A stretch of 63,119 nucleotides of DNA, counting the filler, from Pelomyxa schiedti (lineage: Eukaryota > Protista > Evosea), in NCBI GenBank assembly GCA_020536535.1. It is 9 parts of 9 records of this genome, joined end to end, with 100 filler letters (N's around TTAATTAATTAA, not from the genome) between each part and the next. Parts side by side here need not be neighbours in the genome. Positions count along the whole stretch, not along the records: positions 23,973 to 27,823 come from JAHLWZ010001670.1; positions 27,924 to 56,024 come from JAHLWZ010000266.1; 7 more parts are not named here. One strand, 5' to 3'. Below, piece by piece: positions 25,085-42,500 of this stretch. The translations under genes and the position numbers were made by a program. The stretch's first letter is position 1. Each line of letters begins with the position of its first letter. The notes beneath the pieces were generated by a model. That model was not told the origin of the DNA. It did not search any database and saw nothing but the letters and a program-made list of their open reading frames with translations.

Positions 25085-26874
25085 ATGATACGGTCACTCA
25101 AGTTACTTGTGGGCGGAGACGACGGCGTGGGAAAAGTGTGTCGAAAATACCACTGGTTGTTTCCATCCTATTCACACTGGACCAATTGGGGGTTTGATTT
25201 CCACAACAGACATGTTTGTTGATCAGGTTCACATCGGGCCTCTGCCCCATGAACGACTACATACCAGTGGTGAGACTGTTGGTTTTTTTTCCTTTAGTGT
25301 GTATACTCACGAAGAAAACAAAACAGGCGCTGAACAACTGCCAGTAAGGGGGTGTTTTTAATCTTTGACACATGACAATTGACCAACTGGCAGACTGCCT
25401 CTTATGTTGGAGGAGAAGGCATACAACGTGGTATTGTGGGACACCACGGGTTTGACACCCTTCCCTCTGTGTGTGTGACTGAACATTTCCTTCAGGTGGG
25501 GAGGATTATGACAGAATAAGACTGTGTTCCTATCTTGGAACAGACATTTTATTGGTATTCTAGTTTCTATGCGTTTCGTTGTTGTGATGACTCATCAGCT
25601 CTGCTTTTCTCTTGTCAACCCTCGCGGTTTTGAGAATATTCGGTCAAAGGTTTCAAACAACACAACTCCATTTTACTCTTGAACTAAACAACCGAACATC
25701 CACAAAACAAAACATTCAAGTGGTTCCCTGAGGTGAGCGGTTCCCGAGTGAGGTACCATACCACCTAAATGAAGTTATGTCAGATTTCCCACCATTGCCC
25801 AAAAACCCCATTCATCATTGTGGGGACAAAACGTGATCTGAGAACTGATCCTGCTTGCCTCAATCGCCTTATACAGAAACACATGTCACCCATCTCCTTT
25901 GAAATGGGTTCTGAGGTCAACCTGATCCCGTCCTCACAAATGACCAAATCAATTCCCTGGACCAAATCAATTGTTTGACTTCCCTTTCAGCTGGCCCAAG
26001 AACTTCATGCAGCAGCATATGTTGAGACGAGTTCCTTGACTGGAGAACACGTTCAGGATCTTTTTACACTTGCAGTCAAAGTTGCCACAACTGGAAGAAA
26101 GAAACCTGTTTGGTCATCATTCTCATTGGTATCTGTCACTCACTTTCATCACTCATCCTTCAGACAAACTCACCTTCATGAAAACAAACAGGGAACTCTG
26201 TGGAATTCACTTGTTCCTCGCATTGGATCATCAACATCAAGGCCCGCTTCTTCTTCCACCGTTCATCATCATCAGCAACCCTCTGATGTTGATGTGGCCG
26301 CAAGGTGACTTCTCTCCCCCCACATTTTTTATCCCTCTTCTGACTGTTACTGATCATCACAAACATACACAAATCAACAGATACGGTCACTCACAATCAC
26401 AATGTAGAACTGTTCTGATAAACGTTTTTCAAATTCTTCCGCACGAAGTGTGGATGTTCATATTCTCGTTTTGTGATCCGAAAGACCTCTTCCGGCTTTC
26501 CGCTGTGTGTGCACATCCCCTTCCCCTTTAATTAATATCAATCAGTTCCGCACCCAGTTCCGCCTTTGTGCGGTGCGGAACGAAGAATGTAAACTGTCAT
26601 TTCAATGAATAATTCACATTTTGCACACAGGTGTGCCGGGATTTCCGAGCACTTTCATCATCTGACATTCTTTGGGTGCGGTTCATTCCGGAAACTATCA
26701 TAAGCTCAAGAACCAACAAGGGTGTCACACTCAAGTCCTTGTTCCGATCAACCGCTGCGTTCTACATTTACAAAAGCGGAACGTACCTCACTGATGATTG
26801 GTGTGTGCGCCTTTTCCTGTTGACAAGTTCATTCACTCCCCTTTGACTTCAGGATCTTTGTTCCTCGTGAGTGA
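25085..26874 (+). CDS. Atypical Rho/Rac GTPase fused to an F-box domain; includes 12- and 17-nt microexons
   Basis: KLLVGGDDGVGK|TCLLIRF, DYIPV|ALNNC, LWDTTG|GEDYDRIR, WFPE|ISHHCPKTPFIIVGTKRDLR, YVETSS. F-box ILPHEVWMFIFSFCDPKDLFRLSA|VCRDFRALSSSDILW. No CAAX seen. Confidence 0.8.
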
Positions 26875-27434
26875 GTTACGAGAATTGCATCAAAAGATGT
26901 TACCCCACCGTATGCTTTTGCACCGAACCCTCCACTTTACATTTAATCATTCCGCACCACACACAAACTGTCAGTTCTATGAATAATTCACATTTCGCAC
27001 ACAGGTGTGCCGGGATTTCGGAACGATTGCAATCGGATTGCATTCTTTGGAAGCAATTCGTTCCAACGAGCTCCTTCAACTCATCATCAACATCAGCCAA
27101 CAATGATGGTGCTCAAGTCCCTGTTCACATCGTGGGGGTTTTTTTTTTTCTTTCCGTTCACCCACTCAAATTTCTTTTTTTCTTTACGTTCACTCAATTT
27201 TTGTTCCTGGAGTGGCCGCATCGCTGGGGCTACTATCCTACAGTTTTGAGAACTGATCATCGATGATGTTTGCTCATTAAATAATAATAGTAACCCTGTT
27301 TGGGGCTACTATCCAACACACACCTTACCAACAGACACTGAGGAGCCTTGAAAGTACGATGCGATGTAAACCACGCCCAGTGGTCTCAGGGTATCAGGGT
27401 AATATCTGGATCTGGGTAACGGTTCTTTTTTGAA

Positions 27435-27823
27435 ATGATACAGCCACTCCAGTTCTTTGTGGCCGGAGACGGCGGCGTGGGCAAAGTGTGTGTGCCGAGA
27501 ATATGACTGTCTGTTGATGTCATCCTATTAACTTTGGGGGGCGTTCGCTTTGACAGACATGTTTGTTGATCAGGTTCACATCGGGCGAGTGCCCCCGTAA
27601 CGACTACATACCAGCGGTGAGCCTGTTAGTTTTTTTTCTTTTAGTGTGTACACTCACGAAGAAAACAGGCGCTGAACAACTGCCAGTAAGGGGGTGTTTT
27701 TAATTAATTGTTGACACATGACAATTGACCAACTGGCAGAGTGAATCTTATGTTTGAGGAGAAGGCATACAACGTGCGATTGTGGGACACTGCCGGTTTG
27801 ACACCCTTCCCTCTCTGTGTGTG
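27435..27823 (+). CDS. Tandem paralog of the atypical Rho GTPase, truncated at contig end
   Basis: MIQPLQFFVAGDGGVGK|TCLLIRFTSGECPRNDYIPA|ALNNCQ|VNLMFEEKAYNVRLWDTAG; introns homologous to those at 25137-25495. Confidence 0.8.
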
Positions 27824-27923
27824 NNNNNNNNNNNNNNNNNNNNNNNNNNNNNNNNNNNNNNNNNNNNTTAATTAATTAANNNNNNNNNNNNNNNNNNNNN
27901 NNNNNNNNNNNNNNNNNNNNNNN

Positions 27924-28606
27924 GTGACAATAGTACAGACTGGGAGGCTGATAGTGAAGTCAGTTTTCGCAAACAAAAAAGAAACAAACGTAAGAACAAA
28001 TTTGAAACGCGAGGAAGGAAGCCTAAGAACAAAGTTGGGAGGCCGCCATTAAGTCAAGCAGAAAAACGTAACAGACTAAAGAAAAAGGAACCACTGAGCA
28101 GAGGAGGAAAAGTCTCTACTGGAAAAAAGGTTGGGAGGAGCCATACGGACTGTGCTCAAGTGGATGCTTCCAAGAAACACAAAGGAAGGCCTGCAAAATC
28201 CTCAGAGCCTCAAACTGTGAAACAGAATTCAGTCCTCTTCGTGGAGCCTCTTCAGGATGGTCTTCTGGATAATATCCACTCTCCCTCCCATACAACAGTG
28301 TTACCGTCTTCGACTCCTTCAGAGCTTCCCCAGAAGCGAGGCAATACTACTATCAATGAAAACGATAGCCTTACAAAGCGCAGAAAGAAGCAACCATCTG
28401 CCCAGACTGTATGAGGATTATCCATCACCCTCCCTCGTAGTAACAAAAAACCACACAAAAAAAAACAGCTTGCCGATTATGTCACTGATGAAGAAAACTA
28501 TCAGAAGTGTTCTCGCATTCTCAATGCTATTTACAAGCACAGAGACGCGCCTGATTTTCGTCACCCAGTAGATGCCGTGGCACTTGACATTCCAGATTAC
28601 CATGAC
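27924..28606 (+). repeat. Second-copy fragment of the bromodomain gene (matches 52734-53423)
   Basis: Near-identical sequence with scattered substitutions and a slightly shorter intron. Confidence 0.9.
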
Positions 28607-28706
28607 NNNNNNNNNNNNNNNNNNNNNNNNNNNNNNNNNNNNNNNNNNNNNNNNNNNNNNNNNNNNNNNNNNNNNNNNNNNNNNNNNNNNNNNNNNNNNN
28701 NNNNNN

Positions 28707-30800
28707 TGAATCCTGACAATGCTTCTCCACTGCTTGTATGCATGAAACGATATTCTGTTTGCAACTTGAGATATAGCTTCCCATGCCTATTGGAAAAAGG
28801 TCTCAGTAGGTGCTGGGTGTGGAGATCTTTGAGCAAAAGGTATTTGAGGAGAAGGTATTGGCATTGATGATAAAAGGAAGAGGGAGAGTGAAGTGAGGGA
28901 AACATACTGCCAGTGGCATCCATCAAGAAAACGACATATTGATCTCTGCTTCCATGTCCAAACTCCGCAATTGAAGAACAATCAATCGAGGTGAGATGCA
29001 CAGTGGGTGCGGTATCGTCAAATCCCGAAGTTGAGGCCGAGGATATGCTTGATATTGCAAGGCACCCACTGGAGGGAGCAGAAGCTGTGAAGTATTGCGT
29101 CGGGGAATCCTGAACACGTTTGTGATAATACTTGTTGTTCCCTCAGTTCCATCCGGCTCAGCGTTCTCTTTTTGGGCAAGTGCAGCAGGGTCGTGCAGCG
29201 AAAGATGTCTGGTTGGAGACCAAGGACGCACCGGAAGTGAATGATTTTTCGCTCGAAGGTGGGATTCACTGGAATGTGGCCAGGCTTAGAAACTGGGCAC
29301 ATGACACACGGCCAACAGCTGGCACATCGAGGGCTACCGGGCTGAACTCTGCTTTTTCAACCATTTTTTCAAACTGTTTTGCAAAGGCTCTGCACTTGCA
29401 AGAAACCTCACTCTCAAGAATTGCAAAGTACACCCTTGAGAAACAGCCAGTGTATTGTTGCAAAACCTCCTTGAAGATAGCGGCAACGTGGTCTGCATCA
29501 CCATCAAATATGTATTACAAGTAGCAGTGTCGCAAAAAAGGGGATATAATACAGTGTCAGAGGTGAGAGAAAAATAGTAAATCAAACCTGGTGGGTTGTT
29601 GAAGGCACCACAACCAATTGCCCCAAGGACAAGTTGCTTTACATTGTACATGGCCACAGTGTTCAAGAGCTGTTCTATTTTGTATCTCGTGATCATCGCC
29701 GCACTCGGTGACAGGAACATTTCTCCAGTCCTCCTTCACGGTGAACTTGTTGTCAACGTTGCAAAGGGCAGCCGCTGAGATGACATCAACAGTCCAAGGC
29801 TCGGCGAGGAATTGAAACCCGCTCAATGAGACATCTCTGAACACCGTCACACCACGAGTGAAGATGGTGCCACATAGTGGCAGTGGGTAACCAATCTGCT
29901 TCAGTGCTGGGAACAGTGATGTACGCATGCACAAGTCTTCCTCTTGTGCACTTTTGCCTTGGACTTGGAATCATATTCATTCTCCTCCGTCCAGAATGCG
30001 TAATCTTAAAAATTGGGACTTGAATGTTTGTTGGTTGTTTATTTGGGGGTGAAAGTCACCTTGCTCAAGTGTCCAAGTCTGCCCAAAATTTTGTGCAATG
30101 TATGCAAACACAGAGGGGCAGTTCTTCTTGAAAAGAATGTCACTCTGCCGATTGCTTTTGAAATCAGAAATTGCATCTGCGAGGTCCTGGTGTTGTGTGG
30201 TCAGGTATAATGCAGTCAAAACTTACGAAAAAAAGGACCAATCCCAACCTTCAAGATGGTTTCGTCTCGTTCGTTCCAAGAGGTGGTGCGATGCAAGAAC
30301 AAAATTGTGCTGCTCATGAAGAAGACCAGGATCCACAACCGTGTGAAGTAGTATTTATTCACATCCGATTTCCGCATTGAGCTCATGGGGTCGACGGCAT
30401 AGAGTCCTTCAACGTCAACCAACAGAACGGGGACATCACACCCGGGAATCTGTGTGGTTGTTGGTGCGTGAGGACCAAGAATAAAGGAACGCAAATACAT
30501 TGAGGAGTCTTGGGAAAAAACGTGCAACCAAATTTCAAGTTGTCTGCAAAGAAAGAAGATTCAGAACGGTCATGCTGTTTGCTTGGTTTTTTAGGATGTG
30601 GTTACCAGAAGTGACAAACGGATCAGTGTTTGTGCCCTGGAGGATCAGTGTTACATAATTGAGCAGCGTCGACTTGCCAGTCCTCGTTGGGCCCAGCACT
30701 GCCACCGTCACAATTTTGTGTCTTTGATTGACTGGAAGAACTGCCTCACTGGCTCAGCACCAAAGGTGCCCCTGATCCGTGTTTGTATGCCCACATCTTA
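28707..30800 (-). CDS. GBP/atlastin-like P-loop GTPase, microbial PARG-like macrodomain (TIGR02452/DUF2263 type) and start of a vWA domain; ends and linkage uncertain
   Basis: IVTVAVLGPTRTGKSTLLN (about 30655-30715), VLLVDVEGL, FFMSSTILF. AQEEDLCMRTSLFPAL..YPLP..IFTRGVTVFRD..VDVISAAA..LVLGAIGCGAFNNPP..VAAIFKEVL..VYFAIL. VVFLMDATGSM|..YISSCK. Confidence 0.68.
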
Positions 30801-31050
30801 TCGTTGAACGACGTTGGGCTCCTCCCTGCGACTCTGCACAGGCACCTCACTGTTAGCAACCAGATGAGATTTGATGGCTATGGTTCCATGTCATCTTTGC
30901 TTCTGAGCTTTGTGTCCCACTCTTTCTCCCTTCAGGGATAGCATGAACTTCCTGCCGAGGAGCCGAGAGAGTTGTTCTGAAGAGTGCTCGATCTGAGAAA
31001 TAGATCGGATTAGCATCCGTCCGTTAAAACCAAGTGCGGTTTTTTGTTAC

Positions 31051-37264
<6,214 letters not shown>

Positions 37265-37382
37265 TGCCCAATTGAGAGGAAATAAAAAAAACTCTGTATT
37301 CTTCTTCCTTCCTGTCACCACTCAGGGTGCCAAAAAACCCAAATTTGACCCTTGTTCGGCACAATTTTTTAAAGATCAAATC

Positions 37383-39424
37383 ATGCAGCTGTCGAAAGCG
37401 GTGCCGCAACAGCAACAAGTCATAGATCTCACATCGGACGACGACGAGGAAGATGCGCCTACGCCTATACAGGTGGCCTGCGAATCTGCGACACCGGCGC
37501 GCCCCGTCGTACCCCGCACCGTGCAGCCTGATTCGCCCAATCCCGATCGCGTCACGTTCACCCTGCACCAACCCCCGCAGACCCCGCTGCAGCACGCGCC
37601 AATTCGCCCCCCGCCTACTTCATCTACACCGGTGCAGCTGCCCCCGCAACCAAACAAAGCGACGCCGCGCGCGGCCGCCGTAGGCAATACCGGCAAACCA
37701 GCACCCACAACCGCGCCTGCGCCGTCGCCCGCGCCCGCCAACGGGAACAGAAGCGCGCCGAAAACACCGCAGACGCAGGCGCCACAAACCCAGAGGTTGC
37801 CTCCCACGAGGGAGTCCGCGTCGCCAAGCGCAACAGCTCCCGCTGCCGATGTTTTCCGCCCTTCTTCCATTTCGCCTGCTACGCCGGATAGTAGCACCCT
37901 TGAAACACGAGTGCCTGCAGCCCTGCCACTCTATCAGATTGGCGGTGCCGTGGCTCCAATGACGGACGTTAACGCGCAAAAGTCGGTGACTCCCGACAAA
38001 CCTGCGAGCGCTTTGAGTGGCGTGGCATGTCCAGTGCCACTGTACCCATTAATACATGCAAATGTTGTTGCTGATGTTTCAATGCCAACTGCAAGTGTGA
38101 CGGAGATTTCGCCAGGTACTGTGGACAGCCCAATGCCCCAGTCGAAGCCTGTAGTTGCACAGCAAGAGTCACATGAAATGTCTGTTCAACCCAACACATG
38201 TCCGCCCACACCCAAGCAGACTGTTCCTACTCCTGAACTTTACGACCCATCTAAACCCACTTGTCCAGTGTCAGGTACCCCTGTTTCGAACTTTCCACAC
38301 CCCAATACGCCTCTATTTTACGGAGTTCGGGAACTGCTTACATCTGCACAGCCCCCACTCTTCCTCCTGCTTTCCCACCTCCCCAGACCTTTTCTCAACC
38401 AAAGAATGTTATAACAGATTCTGATGCAGTTTTCCCCCAACTCTTTGCTGACCATGACATGGAAGTTACTCATAATGCCTTAAAAAATATCTGTGCTTCA
38501 ACATCAGAATGCATTCGGACTTGCTTCTTTAATACTCAAGACAGTGGGACAATCAATCGCCCTCATAAGCCAAACCCCAATCCAAGGTTGATAAGAGAGA
38601 TTACGTCGGTGAAGCCTAAAGTACTTTGAGTGACGATTTCAATTCAACTTTAATGTGCTAAACAAGGATTCTACTATTGAGCGCAAACGACCCCCCCCAA
38701 ATCACCTGCCACCAGAGGAAGGGAACAAAAAAGCAAGGACAACCCAAGAAGGTAACGCTGCATTGTACTCAGATTTATCCAAAAGATACCAGATGATGGC
38801 TCCGCTCTTCAGTCCCTTTTGCCCATTTTTATGCAACACACCGAACAACTAAAGTCAATGACCAGTCAAGTAATCAAGGAGCATGCAAAAGTCTCCTCGT
38901 TGGAGTTATCAAAGAAACTTTATGGGGTATTCATATGCCAATTCACAGTAACTTACTCGACGCTGAGTAGTATTAGGAACTGGAAAGATGTCTCTTACTC
39001 CTAGATTCTATGGGTACAAACAACACCACTTTCCCAGCACTAACTCCTAGAACTTCTCTTTTGTTAACTGGTACAATTATACACCCCAGATAATCAGAGA
39101 AAACTAGCGCGGGAAGCAAATGAACGAACCAATGCAGGTTGAGATGGAAATCAACACTACTTCGTACCGTCATCACGCACTGTTAATACTTTGGGATGCA
39201 CGTTAACTGTACTTCTCCCTGTCACAGCAAAAAGGGCACTGATAGAGAAACGCAAAGCCGAACTTATACAACTCAGACAACAGTCGAAAGAGCTCCGAGA
39301 CCAAATTTCTGCCGGTTTCAATTCCCCCTCCAACAAACTTAAAAAAACCACCTGGAAACTGCCCTAGCACCAAGCTGAAATGTTCTCACTTCTCTCCCAC
39401 CCGCAGCACCCGCTGAGCTGCTGA
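37383..39424 (+). CDS. Pro/Thr-rich, probably nuclear protein with an N-terminal SUMO-interaction motif and C-terminal coiled coil; 3' end approximate
   Basis: VIDLTSDDDEE, long low-complexity exon, basic RKRPP..KKAR, then short helical exons (KRALIEKRKAELIQLRQQ). Confidence 0.55.
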
Positions 39425-39528
39425 AGGAACTCACAGAACTACAGCAAGGAAAGAAGCCGTGAGACAGTTGATGCTGCTTATCTCCAGCCCCCAAAAGCAA
39501 GGAAAACAACATTCTTTTGTTACAACGA

Positions 39529-42500
39529 TTAAAGGAAATGCATTTGTTTCTTTATCTCCACTCTCTTCCAGTCTTGCATTGCCTTCCATTGGTCTCTGGG
39601 CATTCCAAAGTGCTGTTCAAAGTCGGCGTCACTCAGATATTCCTAATGGAAAGTTGGTATTTGGTTAGTCCGTTACGGAATTTTAAAAGCAACAACTATA
39701 TCACAGGTATTTTTACCTCGAGGCGGGTTCTATCCAACCCAGGGATTTTATCAGTCAACAGGTCATCATAGCTATATGTGGCAGAGTACTTTGCAAGAAC
39801 AGCATCGGCGTCAACCGGCACCACAGGGCTGTGACCTGCAACCTACGAGGATTGTTTTGTCAATCAACGCAATGAATGAACTGGAAACAGAGGGGAATAA
39901 CATACTGGTCTCCAGTCAGGGAAGCATGTGGTGAATTCAGCCGGCTCTGATTTTGCATATACTACAAGTATGGGTGCGTTGGCTGACCTGTGGTCACCTT
40001 TCTCTGATTGTAGCCTCACATAGTCCTTGTGTGAAGTTAGTGGATTGAAAAATGGGAAAATTTTAGGGTACTTTGGCGGCTAGTATGACCCAACGTAATT
40101 CAGTGGGGGGACTGCGGGGACCAACCCAAATAAGGACTGTTTTGGTAGGCATTAATGGTGAGAAGATATGGAAATGAATGGAACCTGAATCAAAGTAGTC
40201 AAGGATGTAGAGGTTCTGAATAACCAGGTCATTTTGTAGAAATGCATACAATTCGGTTATCTGTGAAAGAAAAGGGTTTGGGAAAAGGAAAAAATCCCTT
40301 TGGGGGAAGGAAACCTGCAGTGCTGCGCAACAAAATAGCCTCGTTGGGTGAGACAAACTCCTGGAGGGAACTGAGAAAACGTCTGAAGTGTGGCCAAGCA
40401 GCTGAAGAAATTGTGTAGATTCCTCCCCTTGAATTTCTTGTTCCAAATGTAATGGTTCCTCAATCATCATGATCTATTTACTTAAGTTTCTTGTAGGGGA
40501 TTTGCTTTTAGTCATCTTACTCTTTTTGCTAACGAGGGGCAAGCTGAAAGTGCCTCAGGGCTACAATTCTTTCCTCTCCACATAATGGCTTTATTTCTGC
40601 ACAGGTGAGAAGGCCACCATGGGGGAAAAAAATACAGACCCAGAGATAACAATAAATGGAGATGCGGAGTGGAAAGCCTGCACAGATGCAACCACTTGAA
40701 AAGCATAGTGATGAGAACCGGCCAGATCACTTCGAACTTGGTAAAGACGTACATTCTCTGCTGCACTAACAGTATCAGTTGTTGAACTCGGAGGTAGGCC
40801 CTTAGATAGCATGTCAACAGGTAAACCATTAGTGATAAGACTACCATATGAACAACAAGTTTGTTAGTAAAAATCTGACAAAATCCAATGGTTTCCTTCC
40901 CACAGAGAATACGTTCTTGAATGACAAAACTTCCCCCAGAAGTAAGTTTGTCACAAATAGCTTGGGCCATAAGGGCTGATGTTCCAAAATCGTTACGATG
41001 GCTGTCACTGCCTGAGGCACAAGTGAGATTTAAGGACTAAGTATGAAATTCATTCACCTTGCCACCAGAATACAACATTCTTGCTGTAGCTTTCTATTGT
41101 TTGCTCCAAGTTGGTAAAAGCTTTTGTTGAGAGTAAACAAACCTGTAGCACAATACTTATGATGAACGATGTAACTGCAACCACTGGACAAGATTTAACC
41201 GAATGAAGAGTTGGGAGGTTCAGTTACCTGTAAAAATGTCCCTTTTGGTCCTCTGGAATGAGTGTCTTCTCATAATCGTGAACTCTCCAAATCTTGAAAT
41301 GGTGTTCAGGAAATCAGTGGTAGAAATTTTCTGGTATTATTAATACCACAAGTTCACCACATTCAACAAGTAAAGGTAGTGTATTTTGTTGTTCCTCGGC
41401 AGCTCTATTTCGATACTCTAATAGATGTTCGACAGTGTAGGATTCTCTTTGTTGAACCTCTGAAAGAATAAGGAGCTGGGAAGTAATGTAAAAGCACCTT
41501 TCTTTGCACTAGAAGAGGAGCCCACAGATATTGGTAAGTCTCCTGGCCAATCGAAAAACTTCTCAGCAAAAAGAGCATTTTCTGTACCTTCATTGAGAAT
41601 AACCAACCGACACCATGATGGCCTTGTGGTTGCTTGTTTGAGTACCTGAAAAAGTGAGTTGCTTTCACGAGAAAAAGGAAGAATACTGTTGCTTTTTGCT
41701 TTGCTTGGTTCCTAACAGTTTGTGTTGCTTTTTTCCCAAGCCAGACATAAGTGGGAGTGTTGTCAAGAATCACAAGTGCAGGGATAAAAAGAAAAAAAAA
41801 GGATATATTTCAGCTGCACAGTCAAGAACCAAGGAAGACTCTGAGAGAGCCATTGCGTACTTCAGTCTTTTACTTTCACCTCTGGATTTCAAAACTTCTT
41901 CTTGATCTGGTACAAATCTGGGGTACTTATTAATCACGTTTCAGAAGTTATAATCGCAAACCGAAACAGCTCAAAGGAAGACTCGAAATTTGTTTCAAAC
42001 GTCTCTGAATCTTCAGGATCACAAAGAAGGGAACTAACTGAGGCAGGAGCCGAGGTACCAAGGGCTTCCCAAAAAGAAGTCCAATGATTATCTGTAGTCC
42101 CTGTCACATTCACAACTTTCGCTTGTCCGGAGCGCTCTTTGAAGCGAATTCGATTTGCTGTGGTAACTAAAAAATTGTGTAAGCTAGGGTGGTTTCAAGA
42201 GCTTGCCCATAACCTGCTTTGGCAACTTCCATCTTGTTGGCTTGTGGGCCATTCCACACATAGATTGTAGGACCTAAATAGTATTATATGCCATTCACTA
42301 AAATAAACTAACCTAAGTCCAGAATGTATGAACAAGTTTGCGTGATAGATTTTGAATGTGTTTCCACAAGAAGGCATTGCACTTTGTAGCGGCCTTTTAC
42401 TTTTATCAATCGTTTTTCTTGCTGAACACTAGCGGATTTAGTTGTAACAGAATTAAATATCTAAGAGTGTCAGTGTTGTTTTGAATTTGGCAAGGAACCT

